Virus record (IMG/VR): IMGVR_UViG_3300036985_006490
Span: 32,001-96,000 of that record
Length of the DNA: 64,000 bases
DNA from: a virus
Strand: one strand, 5' to 3'
Part shown: in pieces, positions 27,513-37,985 of the stretch
How the letters are laid out: each line of letters begins with the position of its first letter
How positions within the stretch are numbered: position 1 is the first letter of the stretch
Position numbers and translations under genes: made by a program
The notes under the pieces: generated by a model
Databases searched by the model: none
What the model saw: only the letters and a program-made list of their open reading frames with translations
Told to the model about the DNA's origin: nothing

Positions 27513-27860
27513 ATGGACGTATCAATAAATAATCATAGATTCGAAGTTACAACATTAATCGACCCGAAATCCCAAAGAATTGGAATGATGGGTAAAAGAT
27601 TTTCACACATCAAACAAGGTATGTTGTTTTTGATGGGGGGAAAAGAACAATGTTTTTGGATGAAAAACTGTATCATTCCCCTCGATATAATCATAATAAA
27701 GAATAATGTTATTGTCAACATCCATCACGATTGTCCTCCGTGCCAACAAGATGATTGTGCTTCTTACTGTGGCAACGGAAATATTGTGTTAGAATTACGT
27801 GGAGGCGCTTGTCTGAAGTTAGATATCAAACCAGGAGATACTATCAATTATTTGTTTTAG
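27513..27860 (+). CDS. DUF192 family protein
   Basis: GMMG..GMLF..FWMKNCIIPLDII..VLELRGG. Confidence 0.85.
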   Translation: MDVSINNHRFEVTTLIDPKSQRIGMMGKRFSHIKQGMLFLMGGKEQCFWMKNCIIPLDIIIIKNNVIVNIHHDCPPCQQDDCASYCGNGNIVLELRGGACLKLDIKPGDTINYLF

Positions 27861-29247
27861 ACAACTCAATTTTTTCTTTCAATGTTTTTTGAAATTGATT
27901 TGCTATCATCTTTGTGAACTTAACTGTTGGTGAATCTTCCGATTCTCCGTATCTTACTCCTCCACTTGGAGGTCTTGTACTTCTCCCAAGATAATTTAAC
28001 CCTGAAATGTTTGTTATACATTTGTGACCTCCCGAGTTGGCTTGTATCAAATCCCAAGCATTTACACCGATTTTGTCCAAAATCTTCATTTCATCTTCAG
28101 TCAAACTTTTGAAAGATTTTTCCATCATGGTACCAATCTTATCTAAGATTTGTTCACCATTATCCATGAACATTATTTTTTCGCCATATAGGGCTTTGAA
28201 ATCTTTGAATGTAAATCCAATACTTTCAGGCCCAACACTAGTTTCACTCACCCACTTTATTGTTGATAGTGGTACAGTTTTTTGTTTTAATTGGTCTTCC
28301 CATTTACTTAAAACTTCTTGTGCGATTTCCCCTAAATTAACACCTTTGAGTTCTCTATCTTTCTTAAACGGATTACAGGATGCTTGAACAAGTCCCATAG
28401 GCCATGCCATAATTAAAAAATCAGCCTCAGGATTATTTTTATAAGGAGTGTATCTATCATAAGAACCTGGCTTGAACATACTACCTCCACCATATTGGAA
28501 AATAATATTATCAGTTACAGTTGGGAAAGATTTCATTTGTTGAGTGTAATCTTGAGCATTCTTTTGTAACTGATCGGGTGATGCAGCACTTGTAGATTTC
28601 ATCCAAGATTTAATGTTATTTAAAATAGACAATAACGAGGGTTCGGAGTCCATTACCAACATTTCCAAAAACCCTGGTTTATTTTTGAATGCCAATAAAA
28701 GTTTGTTAATAACTAACCCTAATAACATTTTATTGGATTGAAGAGATTTTTCTTTATCGAATCGATATAAATAATTAACAACATCTTCAGGTGTTAAGTT
28801 TTTTCTGGCAAAGTCCGCAGAGTCAACAGTGCTAATCAATAAAATGTCGGATGATGGAAATAATTCTTTTGGTGAAACAATCTGAGAAAGTGTTTCTACG
28901 TTTGAACGTGATTGTCTAAAAGAAGTAGACTTGGTATCTTCGGCACCTGCCTGTCTATCATGGTGGTCAGTATGAATTACAAACATTGGTTTACCATGGG
29001 CAAAATCAACAAGAACAGGCATTGTGTCTCCTTGAGCGTCATTCTTCTTTACTGCAAATTCTTTGTCTCCATATTGAATGATATGGGTATCAACAACATC
29101 AATACCATTGTTTTCCAAATACTTTTTCATGGCAATGGCAGTCGTAACACCGTCCAAGTCTTGATGAAAATAAATTTCTGCTTTGGGATATCTTTTACTT
29201 AACTCTTTTATATCCCTTATTCCGCTCTCCTTTAATATTTTTTTCAT
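27844..29247 (-). CDS. DHH-family phosphoesterase
   Basis: HQDLDG, VLVDF, TDHH, SGGHK. Confidence 0.8.
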   Translation of the reverse strand: MKKILKESGIRDIKELSKRYPKAEIYFHQDLDGVTTAIAMKKYLENNGIDVVDTHIIQYGDKEFAVKKNDAQGDTMPVLVDFAHGKPMFVIHTDHHDRQAGAEDTKSTSFRQSRSNVETLSQIVSPKELFPSSDILLISTVDSADFARKNLTPEDVVNYLYRFDKEKSLQSNKMLLGLVINKLLLAFKNKPGFLEMLVMDSEPSLLSILNNIKSWMKSTSAASPDQLQKNAQDYTQQMKSFPTVTDNIIFQYGGGSMFKPGSYDRYTPYKNNPEADFLIMAWPMGLVQASCNPFKKDRELKGVNLGEIAQEVLSKWEDQLKQKTVPLSTIKWVSETSVGPESIGFTFKDFKALYGEKIMFMDNGEQILDKIGTMMEKSFKSLTEDEMKILDKIGVNAWDLIQANSGGHKCITNISGLNYLGRSTRPPSGGVRYGESEDSPTVKFTKMIANQFQKTLKEKIELSKTNN

Positions 29248-29278
29248 TGAAATTTTGTCAACCCAATTTAGAAACTAT

Positions 29279-29650
29279 TTAATATTTCAATGTTACGAGA
29301 TATTTCGACTTATTTATCAAAGCCAACATTTCATCTCGAATATTCAACAAATCAGTATCGTATCTCGAATCAAGTTGGTCTGAAAAACTCACCAAAAATT
29401 CTGTTATTCCATCCATAAAATTTTGAATGCTAAGTGATGATATATCTTGAAACATAAGAGCAAATTCAGGTTCGAACTCAGGTCTTCCATATTTACCCAT
29501 CATTGCCTCAGTAAAATCATCTATTAAATCTCCGAGTCCGTCATATATTTTTCCATAAGTTTTGTGTTTAGCATCTCCAAATGTTTGCCAATGTAAAAAC
29601 TTCCATTGTAATTGTATCTGTACTAATTTTTTAATAAATTCTTCTTTCAT
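29279..29650 (-). CDS. ferritin/Dps-like protein
   Basis: LHWQT...HK..G..YD.L..LID..TE four-helix ferroxidase pattern. Confidence 0.7.
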   Translation of the reverse strand: MKEEFIKKLVQIQLQWKFLHWQTFGDAKHKTYGKIYDGLGDLIDDFTEAMMGKYGRPEFEPEFALMFQDISSLSIQNFMDGITEFLVSFSDQLDSRYDTDLLNIRDEMLALINKSKYLVTLKY

Positions 29651-29662
29651 AGTTGTATTTTA

Positions 29663-30748
29663 TTATACTCCAGGAATAGGGTTTAATTGGCCCAAAAGCA
29701 GATTCTTGAGAAATTTAGCAAGTGGATCCATCACTTCACCACTACTTGAAGAATTTGCTTCGGTGTTTTGTGGTTGTGATGGCTGTGATTGTTGTGATTC
29801 TTGTCCTTGTGATCCTTCAGGGAATTCCTGATTAAAATATTCTTTGGCTTGAGGTGTGGACTGATACTCTTCAAGTTTTTTCATAAATTGTTCATCTCCC
29901 ATTTTTTTAGAAATTTCCTCAACTCCCACATAATTACCTAAACCAATATAGTCCAAAAATCCTAACCACCATTTTGTTGATTGCATTAAAATTCTAAGTC
30001 TTCTACCATCTGAAGACCTAAATAATCTTGGAATACCTCCAAAAAAAGTTTGACTTAAAAATCCAGGTTTAGACAATGCCGCGGCGTCAAATATTTTACT
30101 TGTTTTAAGAAATTTTTGAATTACAGGAATATTTCTTTGAAGATTTGCCGGAGATGGGGCTTGTAATAATACTTTTAATCTACTTTGAAGCCCGACACTT
30201 TTTTCACCAGCCCTTCCTAACAAAGTAATATAATCCATCAATGCGTTTTTCATACCTTTGAAAGGTCCTAAAGGTATCATGTCTAAAACTTTATTTACTT
30301 TTTGTGCCCATCCATTTGCTCCTCCCGCAGCCTGTAAAAATTTTCCAACAGGTCCAGATTCTTTGGATAATACCCTAAGAGTGTCAAGTGCGGCATCGTA
30401 TTGTTTACTCCCTTTCGCAGCGGTTTGTGCGGTTTTTAAAGCTGATTGTAATGCCTTTGTACTTTTTGATCCCAATTTTAACGCTCCCATTACTGGTTTT
30501 GCCACCGCATCTCCAGCGTATGGAATGGCCGAAACTATACTTAAAACGCCAAATAACATATCCCCTTGGACAAAATAAGAAATACCATTTACTATGTCTA
30601 CTATACCAGTTGGGTCAGCTAAACCTAATATTTCCATGGCAGTATTGTACCATTCCTCATTTAAAGTTTCTTGCTCTGTGTCTTCGGAAGGTCTATAAGT
30701 TTCTTGAAGTCTGTTTAGTTGACTTTCAGTAATAATAATTTGAGACAT
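29663..30748 (-). CDS. tagged phage protein with pre-toxin TG-like domain
   Basis: MSQIIITESQL; GLADPTGIVDIVNGISY..GD....LSIVSAIPYAGD. Confidence 0.55.
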   Translation of the reverse strand: MSQIIITESQLNRLQETYRPSEDTEQETLNEEWYNTAMEILGLADPTGIVDIVNGISYFVQGDMLFGVLSIVSAIPYAGDAVAKPVMGALKLGSKSTKALQSALKTAQTAAKGSKQYDAALDTLRVLSKESGPVGKFLQAAGGANGWAQKVNKVLDMIPLGPFKGMKNALMDYITLLGRAGEKSVGLQSRLKVLLQAPSPANLQRNIPVIQKFLKTSKIFDAAALSKPGFLSQTFFGGIPRLFRSSDGRRLRILMQSTKWWLGFLDYIGLGNYVGVEEISKKMGDEQFMKKLEEYQSTPQAKEYFNQEFPEGSQGQESQQSQPSQPQNTEANSSSSGEVMDPLAKFLKNLLLGQLNPIPGV

Positions 30749-30804
30749 TTACAGTTTTTTAAATAAATATCATTATAAACAAAAAAAAGGTCGTTAAGAC
30801 CTTT

Positions 30805-31665
30805 TTAAGTTTTAGATTCAAAATCAAGAACTCCTTGTTTTTTTTGATTAATAAAATGTTGTACTCTTTTAGTCGCCACTTCACAATAATTCGAACTGAG
30901 TTCGATTCCAATCCATCTGCGTCCTAAAATTTCTGCAGAAACCAAACTTGTTCCGCTTCCAGCGAAAGGATCCATAACAATATCATTTTTATACGTAAGA
31001 ATTTTTATCGCTTTAGTCGGGATATCCATTGAAAAAGTTGCCTTTGTTTGTTGTCTTGTATCCGCAAAATATTCCCATTGACCATACACCAAACTCATGA
31101 AGTCTTTCTTATCTTCATCTTGATACATGGTTTTCTTCTTTATTGTTCCGTCTTCTTGTTCAACATCAACAACTTCCCCAACCCACTGAGGTTCCCCTTT
31201 AACTTTCTTAATCCTATCTTTCTTATAAGCAAGGATTACACATTCTTTTGGATTGTAAATGTAAGGTGAAGATGGAGACATCCAAGAACCCCAAGCGGTG
31301 GTCTTGCTTCTGTGTGGTGCATTCTCATCAAGGTCAACAAGTCCATAAAATTTGAACCCAACCTTTTTCATAACAGACCAAAATTCTGACATGAACAATA
31401 CTCTACCACCTCTATCTTGGACGTTAATTTCATATGGAATATTGACCGCAATCCTCCCATCATCTTTAAGAACACGAAATGATTCACCCACCCATTCTTC
31501 TGTAAATTTCCAATATTCCTCCATCGATTGGTTATCGTCATGGTTATCGTAGTCAATACCGACATTATAAGGTGGAGAGGTAACAATTAAATCAATTATT
31601 GACTCAGGTAATTTACCCATCTCAACAACACAATCGCCATTTATAATCCTATTTGTTTCTAACAT
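30805..31665 (-). CDS. DNA methyltransferase, N4/N6 beta class
   Basis: TSPPYN early, DPFAGSGT late. Confidence 0.92.
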   Translation of the reverse strand: MLETNRIINGDCVVEMGKLPESIIDLIVTSPPYNVGIDYDNHDDNQSMEEYWKFTEEWVGESFRVLKDDGRIAVNIPYEINVQDRGGRVLFMSEFWSVMKKVGFKFYGLVDLDENAPHRSKTTAWGSWMSPSSPYIYNPKECVILAYKKDRIKKVKGEPQWVGEVVDVEQEDGTIKKKTMYQDEDKKDFMSLVYGQWEYFADTRQQTKATFSMDIPTKAIKILTYKNDIVMDPFAGSGTSLVSAEILGRRWIGIELSSNYCEVATKRVQHFINQKKQGVLDFESKT

Positions 31666-32066
31666 CGTAATTTACCTTCGTTTCTTAATTGTTCTCTAAT
31701 TTTGGTCGCAGAAATATCACTAACTTCTTGAGGTGGAATATGTTCTATAATATCATAACCAACACCTCTTCCGAAGTTTATCGATTCAATATCAGGTATT
31801 ATCATAACTTTCACCCTTTTGTCCACAATCAATTCCTCGAGTTCAAGGGAAATATTTTCATAAACTTGTTGTGCTGTAAATGGATTTTTATCATCAGGTT
31901 CGATATCCCTTACACAAATAAGAACATTTTTGCCATCGTTTAAGATTTCATCCACAATCCATCGGTGGCCCCCATGAAATGGCTGGAACCGCCCCACAAA
32001 CATAGAATACTGTTTCCCTCCAGTATTTTTCAATTTAGGGTCTCCTTCTACATGTATCTTTTTCAT
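31659..32066 (-). CDS. HIGH-family nucleotidyltransferase
   Basis: [21 protein letters not shown]. Confidence 0.8.
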   Translation of the reverse strand: MKKIHVEGDPKLKNTGGKQYSMFVGRFQPFHGGHRWIVDEILNDGKNVLICVRDIEPDDKNPFTAQQVYENISLELEELIVDKRVKVMIIPDIESINFGRGVGYDIIEHIPPQEVSDISATKIREQLRNEGKLRC

Positions 32067-32512
32067 TTTTGATTTGTTTTTATAAATTCAATTATCGTAT
32101 CAGCACAAACATCAATTGAAATATTTGTTGTGTTAATATCCAAGAAGTTTTCAGTTGGTTGCTGATACTCTTTAACGAAATAATCTTCTCTCCCCCTAAC
32201 TTCGGTGGTGTGTACATAAACTTCAATAAGATTATCCCCCATCTTTGATTTGAACTTATCTCTTTGGTCTTTATATGGAGACACCAAGGAAACAAATACG
32301 TGTTTACCTTTGTTATGAAGATATTCTGAAATTTGTTGTGCGAGTTCAATATTCTTTTTACGTCCAACTTCAGAATAATCCTTATTATCAAATAAATCCC
32401 TTAAATCATCTCCATCAATATGAAATACATCCGAACCCATGTTTAACATCATTTGTTTACATAGGGTTGTCTTACCTGAACCAGGTTGTCCTGTTAACCA
32501 AATTACTGACAT
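32063..32512 (-). CDS. cysC: adenylyl-sulfate kinase
   Basis: WLTGQPGSGKTT, IDGDDLR, GR..NI, VSLVSPY. Confidence 0.85.
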   Translation of the reverse strand: MSVIWLTGQPGSGKTTLCKQMMLNMGSDVFHIDGDDLRDLFDNKDYSEVGRKKNIELAQQISEYLHNKGKHVFVSLVSPYKDQRDKFKSKMGDNLIEVYVHTTEVRGREDYFVKEYQQPTENFLDINTTNISIDVCADTIIEFIKTNQK

Positions 32513-32733
32513 TTTTCTAAGTTTTTAATTTTACGATCCAAATAGAATGCCGCTTTCTTCAGGTCTTCAAGTTCCTTTGTTCGGTCTTTTACACCCGCTC
32601 TTGCAACATATTTTACCACGTTGAACAAATAAGCATCGTGGTCTAACCCCCAAGCTTCGCAAACCTTAATAACTTCGTACGGATTCTCTTCACCCCCATA
32701 ATGGTTCGGGTGATTTACCATTTCTTTATTCAT
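32503..32733 (-). CDS. DUF3310 family protein
   Basis: VNHPNHY, NVVKYVARAG.K, EDLKKAAFYL; start uncertain. Confidence 0.85.
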   Translation of the reverse strand: MNKEMVNHPNHYGGEENPYEVIKVCEAWGLDHDAYLFNVVKYVARAGVKDRTKELEDLKKAAFYLDRKIKNLEKCQ

Positions 32734-32849
32734 TATTTTTTCCCCACTTTTTTCCAATGTATTCATTGTATCTATCATATTTTCTTGGACTATATAACAT
32801 CCAAACAAAATATATATCAATGAACCATTCTATCTTTTTGAGAATTTTT

Positions 32850-33071
32850 TTAATCTTTTCCAAAATATTGTTCGATAGTTTGAAGTCGTTCATCAGCATC
32901 TGCCAACATACGGAGAGCTTCTTCAGCATTCTCATAAAAATCTTTTGTTGAATGGTCACCAATACCTACTCCAGTATTACCCAACAAGTCCAAAGTTAAT
33001 AGCGCTTTTGCCTTATCTGCCTCTGCTGAGGTCTTTAACATTTTGATTAGATGTTTATTCATAACTTTCAT
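32850..33071 (-). CDS. hypothetical protein
   Basis: VGIGDHS motif. Confidence 0.7.
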   Translation of the reverse strand: MKVMNKHLIKMLKTSAEADKAKALLTLDLLGNTGVGIGDHSTKDFYENAEEALRMLADADERLQTIEQYFGKD

Positions 33072-33073
33072 TT

Positions 33074-33256
33074 TTATTTAATTATATTCAGTATTTCTTT
33101 ATCGGGTTTTCCTTCGATGTGAAGATTATATATCAAGGAACAAGTGGTGTCTTGAAAAAGTAACATCTCACTTTTACCGTAATATTCTTTTAATTTACCT
33201 TCTTTGAGGGCTGAGACACATTGGTCAAGGGTCACCCATCTCTTGTTGAAACTCAT
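33074..33256 (-). CDS. hypothetical protein
   Basis: ORF in operon-like run. Confidence 0.55.
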   Translation of the reverse strand: MSFNKRWVTLDQCVSALKEGKLKEYYGKSEMLLFQDTTCSLIYNLHIEGKPDKEILNIIK

Positions 33257-33274
33257 TTTAAAAATATAAGAATT

Positions 33275-34054
33275 TTAGTTCGTAGAGTCAAAGTTGTTTG
33301 CCTTCTCAAAATTAACCACTTGAAAAATATAAGACATCACTTTTCTTTTGATGATAGGAACCATTGTTTCCTCAAAAGGAAAATTCTGTGAGCATTTGAT
33401 TTCAAATATGGGTAAATGCTTATAGAATTCTGTTTGATTCCATTTTGAATTAGTGTTAATAATTTCTGTCAGGGTTTTTTCATCAACACCACCATCAGAA
33501 ATTAACCCCAAGTATGTTCGATTTGTAGATTTGTCTTTCTTATCAGGTCTAATTTCATACTCCCAAACGTATAATTTTTCTTTAGATTTCTGATAGAAAA
33601 AAATATATCCTGATCCAGCGACTAAGTTGTTCTTGTTTTTCCTAAGATACAAGTCAATCGATTCGAAAGCGATATTCCATATTGATTTAGCAATGTTAAA
33701 GGCATCAAATAATTTTGGACCTGAGAATTTCAGAGTCTTATCTAATTCATCTTCTTCTTTATCACTTAATTTTCTTGGTTTTTTTGGAGTCAATTCCTTA
33801 ACCAATATTTCATCATCAAAAGATTCAAACTTTTTGTTGGTTAATAACAGTGTATTTTCCTTAGAAATTGATTGAATGTTTGCCAAGTGTAATGATAACT
33901 CCACAAAATTTGGGTATAGTTCAAACTTGTCAAAACTCTTATCACATTTCTGTAGATAGTCCAACAATGTGTATTTGTTGTATTCAAAATCCAATGGCTC
34001 TTTGTAAATCCATTCAGGATCTAATTGGAATGATATCTTTTTCTTTCTACCCAT
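33275..34054 (-). CDS. hypothetical protein
   Basis: 259-aa ORF. Confidence 0.7.
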   Translation of the reverse strand: MGRKKKISFQLDPEWIYKEPLDFEYNKYTLLDYLQKCDKSFDKFELYPNFVELSLHLANIQSISKENTLLLTNKKFESFDDEILVKELTPKKPRKLSDKEEDELDKTLKFSGPKLFDAFNIAKSIWNIAFESIDLYLRKNKNNLVAGSGYIFFYQKSKEKLYVWEYEIRPDKKDKSTNRTYLGLISDGGVDEKTLTEIINTNSKWNQTEFYKHLPIFEIKCSQNFPFEETMVPIIKRKVMSYIFQVVNFEKANNFDSTN

Positions 34055-34080
34055 ACAAAAATTATAATGGTTAAATACTT

Positions 34081-34929
34081 TTAATCAATTCTCATGATGA
34101 AAAATAAATCTCCATCAACAAAAACCTCATCAGCACTACCATCATATCTATTAAGGGTATGTCCGTATCCGTCAGTATTTATAATTTCTTCGATGAATTT
34201 CTTTTTATTGATGTAGTTTGAAAAATCTAACCCAAAATCATCTATAAATTGCATAGGATTTCTTTTAACCTCACGTACATTATCGTCAATTACTTGACTA
34301 ACTAAGTCTTCAGGGTAGTCACCATCGGGGTCACCCTTTATCATTTCAATTTCCTCATCAAATTCTTCAACAATACCTTCCAACTCTTTGATTTTTCTAC
34401 GGTACCACTCATCGTTTTCTCCTCCCAAACCATTCAAAAATTGTTCAATGCTTCTATTAAGACGGTCTTTTCTCATTTCGAAAATATCAACTTGTTCTTT
34501 TTGCTTATTAGACAACATTCTTTTATCGTCATCTAAATAACTTTCAGGGTTACTATAAACATCATCTTCATAAAAATCTTTGGCATAATAAGATACTTCT
34601 TCTTCGTCAATAAATTCTTCCAAAAGTGACCTACTAAACCCTTCATATCCCATTTCATCTATCATTTCTTCAAGAGATTGTTTCGAGCTTGACATCATCT
34701 CATTGTCAGTACCAACAGTAAAAACTCCATCAACACCTTCTACCTCAAATTCATCTGTGTCATAATAAGAACCTCTATGCTCAATATCTGAAATAGAAAC
34801 TTCATCTGGATCTTCGCCATTCTCAATCAACCACTCATAAAGCACATTAGCCTTTACGTCAATCATGTCCACGGGGCCCTTAGTTGAATCTTGTTCTGGT
34901 AATATTCCTTTAATCATCGAAAATTTCAT
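34081..34929 (-). CDS. acidic hypothetical protein
   Basis: TATTTAT at 34944-34950. Confidence 0.7.
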   Translation of the reverse strand: MKFSMIKGILPEQDSTKGPVDMIDVKANVLYEWLIENGEDPDEVSISDIEHRGSYYDTDEFEVEGVDGVFTVGTDNEMMSSSKQSLEEMIDEMGYEGFSRSLLEEFIDEEEVSYYAKDFYEDDVYSNPESYLDDDKRMLSNKQKEQVDIFEMRKDRLNRSIEQFLNGLGGENDEWYRRKIKELEGIVEEFDEEIEMIKGDPDGDYPEDLVSQVIDDNVREVKRNPMQFIDDFGLDFSNYINKKKFIEEIINTDGYGHTLNRYDGSADEVFVDGDLFFIMRID

Positions 34930-35016
34930 CAGTTTTTTATTTAATAAATATCTTTATGCAATATAATTAAAGTAAGGAACTATTTATAAACATAAACAAA
35001 TTAAATTATTATCACT

Positions 35017-35175
35017 ATGAGCTGCGGATGCAAAAATAACAATCAATCACAGGCACAAACTCAACAACAAGTTCAATCCTCTCAATTAGCGAAAGAACAA
35101 CAAACTGAGAGTGTTAAATCTGCTATCAAAAAAACTGTAGAGAAGTATTATAACGTAAATAAAACTTCTAAATAA
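35017..35175 (+). CDS. 52-aa protein starting MSCGCK, Gln-rich
   Basis: intact ORF after TATTTAT (34981); below ORF-track cutoff. Confidence 0.6.
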   Translation: MSCGCKNNNQSQAQTQQQVQSSQLAKEQQTESVKSAIKKTVEKYYNVNKTSK

Positions 35176-35236
35176 GTTTAGGTAAAAGGGATATATGAAA
35201 GGGACAATTTTTTTGTCCCTTTTTATATTTATTGAT

Positions 35237-36235
35237 ATGGATTTTCAAGAACTTATAGATGATTTACACGATGGAGGAGATCTCGCCAAATCTTTTTTTG
35301 GAGATTTTCAAACATTTTTTGCCGTGTTGGCTAAAAGAGGTTATTTAGACCAAATAGATATTGAGGATTCGGAAATACAAAATGAATTATTACTTTTCCT
35401 GAAAAAATCTTATCCTCAACAATTCAATCAATTCATAATGGATAAGTTAACCGATTTGGAAATCGATGAAGATGGTAGAGTATTCTTAGACCTTTCGGAC
35501 CTATCAGACTTATCAGAATTGTTTTGTGATAGTCCAAGAAATGGTTTATCTAAATCCATGGTTGAACAAATTATGAATGGTGAATTTGATAATTGGTTTG
35601 AATACACAACAAACTCAGTTGAAGAAAAATATGATGATGTTATTTCTGAATTGAATCCAAAGAATCATAAAATATTGGCAGATTACATTGTTGACGCGTT
35701 ACAAAATATTCAAATTAATCCTGAAACTGAAGTACTTTCCGAAATTGCTGATGAACAGGGACATCCTGAATATGTAATAGTTGATTCATCCGTCGTAGAA
35801 ACAATTTTGGATGACAAAGAAACAATGTCTCGCCTATTAAACAACGAACTCGAAGACCTTGATACCAATTTGTACCACATATACCGTAATGCTTACTCAT
35901 CAGCATATGAAAGTGATGTAATTGATTTAATTTTCAGTGAATTACAGGAATATGTAGAGGGTAAAGGTCAATTTTACTCAATACCTCATAGATTCAAAAA
36001 AGACACTGTAACTCAAAGGTTTACAATACCAGTCGCTTCCAACTTTTATGAAATAATTGATGACTATTTACGAGATAATGTAAACACTGGTAGTAGAGGT
36101 TTATTAGAATACTATGCGTCATACATATCATTACTTGTAGATAACTTCGATTGTTTAACAGTACATGCCCCAGATTATCCTGATTACAGTGAAATCAAAA
36201 ATAATATCAATGAAATTTTCACAGATTATCTGTAA
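35237..36235 (+). CDS. acidic hypothetical protein
   Basis: start moved to 35237; TATTTAT at 35226. Confidence 0.7.
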   Translation: MDFQELIDDLHDGGDLAKSFFGDFQTFFAVLAKRGYLDQIDIEDSEIQNELLLFLKKSYPQQFNQFIMDKLTDLEIDEDGRVFLDLSDLSDLSELFCDSPRNGLSKSMVEQIMNGEFDNWFEYTTNSVEEKYDDVISELNPKNHKILADYIVDALQNIQINPETEVLSEIADEQGHPEYVIVDSSVVETILDDKETMSRLLNNELEDLDTNLYHIYRNAYSSAYESDVIDLIFSELQEYVEGKGQFYSIPHRFKKDTVTQRFTIPVASNFYEIIDDYLRDNVNTGSRGLLEYYASYISLLVDNFDCLTVHAPDYPDYSEIKNNINEIFTDYL

Positions 36236-36292
36236 AAATTCTATTCTTTTTGTTTTTTTATTTTCTTATCATTCAACAAATTAGAGAATTTA

Positions 36293-37039
36293 ATGATACT
36301 TAAAAAAACAAATAGTAGAGTCTACATTATAAATTTATTTTCAGACTTTTTACTAACAAAAATTCCTCACAGCGAAGAATCAATTTTTTCCGTAGTTGAT
36401 TGTAATAACTTTGTAATTATAAAGGGTAAAACTACTCATAAAGAAATTTTAGATATAAGTTCAATTACAAAAGAATTTAACGAAAAGTATGAACCATCTA
36501 AGCCAGTATCACATACAATAGATTTAATTGAGTATAATAGTAAGTTACCTAAAGTAAAAAACTTAGAATTCATTTTACATAAATCTGAAAATTGTTCTTA
36601 CCATAAAAATCAAGTTGAAAAATTTTTAATTAGTGAATCATCTGTTGATTATAAAGGTTTCCCTTCAGAACTTACTGATGAGGAATTAGTTATCACATCA
36701 GAATTTCCTCATGGTTATTCATTACATCAAGGGAGATTGATATATCTTTACGGTAAACATATTTTTTATAACATCACAACTAACTATACTGGATCATCCA
36801 TAATCTTTAATTTATCATTGGATAAAAATGAAGAAAATGAAAACATAATTTCCATTTTTAATGTTGATAAAAATTCTGAGGATGAGAAATTAAAATCAGC
36901 TATATTAGACGTATTTGATTTCGATGTGTCATCCATGTCCTCTGAAATGAAAAAAGTGGATTGGAGTATTGAACTCACAAATCCACTCGAAGATTATTCT
37001 TTTGTAAAAAAGAAAAATAAAGATTTTATTATTTTTTAA
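36293..37039 (+). CDS. hypothetical protein, possible degenerate MetK fold
   Basis: weak colinear resemblance to MetK; no GHPDK motif. Confidence 0.35.
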   Translation: MILKKTNSRVYIINLFSDFLLTKIPHSEESIFSVVDCNNFVIIKGKTTHKEILDISSITKEFNEKYEPSKPVSHTIDLIEYNSKLPKVKNLEFILHKSENCSYHKNQVEKFLISESSVDYKGFPSELTDEELVITSEFPHGYSLHQGRLIYLYGKHIFYNITTNYTGSSIIFNLSLDKNEENENIISIFNVDKNSEDEKLKSAILDVFDFDVSSMSSEMKKVDWSIELTNPLEDYSFVKKKNKDFIIF

Positions 37040-37335
37040 ATGATACCGACATTTTTTCGGTGTTCTTTAATTATTTGAATTGCCTCAGTCAACTCATTAT
37101 AATTTTTATCAGGAGTGTATAGAAAGGACTTATAATCCTTCCTATTTCCCTCAATAATAAGTAATGCTGGTATTAAATCATTGTCTGTTATTTCACTGAA
37201 TACATCATATTCATCTTTATATTCATCGATATCTCTATCGAAAAACTCTATACCTTCTTCAGTTAACATTTTTTTGAAGTCAACACAGAAAGGACATCCT
37301 TTCATGGTATAGACAATAACATTCAAATCTTTCAT
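37036..37335 (-). CDS. glutaredoxin
   Basis: VYTMKGCPFC. Confidence 0.85.
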   Translation of the reverse strand: MKDLNVIVYTMKGCPFCVDFKKMLTEEGIEFFDRDIDEYKDEYDVFSEITDNDLIPALLIIEGNRKDYKSFLYTPDKNYNELTEAIQIIKEHRKNVGII

Positions 37336-37340
37336 AATTA

Positions 37341-37658
37341 TTAATCTAATAATGTAAGAAGTTGATCTGGTGACATCACACCTGGTCTTGAAAAAGTTTC
37401 CTCACCATTCTCGAATATTTTAATCGTCGGAACACCCCTAACATTCCATTCCTTCATAAGGTCCATATCTTGTTCAATGTCAAATTTATAAACGCTATAT
37501 TTTGGTGTTCCTTTTTGTATTAAAGATTCATTAACTTTTTCAAGGTTACCCAACATTATTTTACACGGTCCACACCAAGTCGCAAATAGGTCAAGTACGA
37601 AGTTTTCCTTGTTGTTAATTTTTTGTTTTAGTTCTTCACTTGTTAGTTGTTTTGTCAT
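37341..37658 (-). CDS. trxA: thioredoxin
   Basis: FATWCGPC, VRGVPT. Confidence 0.9.
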   Translation of the reverse strand: MTKQLTSEELKQKINNKENFVLDLFATWCGPCKIMLGNLEKVNESLIQKGTPKYSVYKFDIEQDMDLMKEWNVRGVPTIKIFENGEETFSRPGVMSPDQLLTLLD

Positions 37659-37980
37659 TGTTAAATTGTTTTATAAGTTGTTTTAAAAAAATTGTTAATT
37701 CACTTTCTTGATTTTGTTTATAATAAACAACTAAATTCACATCGGTAGTATTCAATAATAAATACAAATAGAATCCTTGTTTTGTTTTGAAAATTATTTT
37801 TTCGAGTATAATTTTTCCTGAACCTGCGTCTACATCAATTAGTCCTTTACTCCAAACGACTTCGAAACTTCTACCATTCAAGAATTTGAAAATAGAATCG
37901 TCAGGAAAATTGATTTGGATCGATGACAAAACCCCTAAAGATTTTTCATTATTCTTTATAAATTTTGGTTTTTTTATCAT
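37636..37980 (-). CDS. hypothetical protein
   Basis: ORF in operon. Confidence 0.6.
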   Translation of the reverse strand: MIKKPKFIKNNEKSLGVLSSIQINFPDDSIFKFLNGRSFEVVWSKGLIDVDAGSGKIILEKIIFKTKQGFYLYLLLNTTDVNLVVYYKQNQESELTIFLKQLIKQFNNDKTTNK

Positions 37981-37985
37981 AGTAA

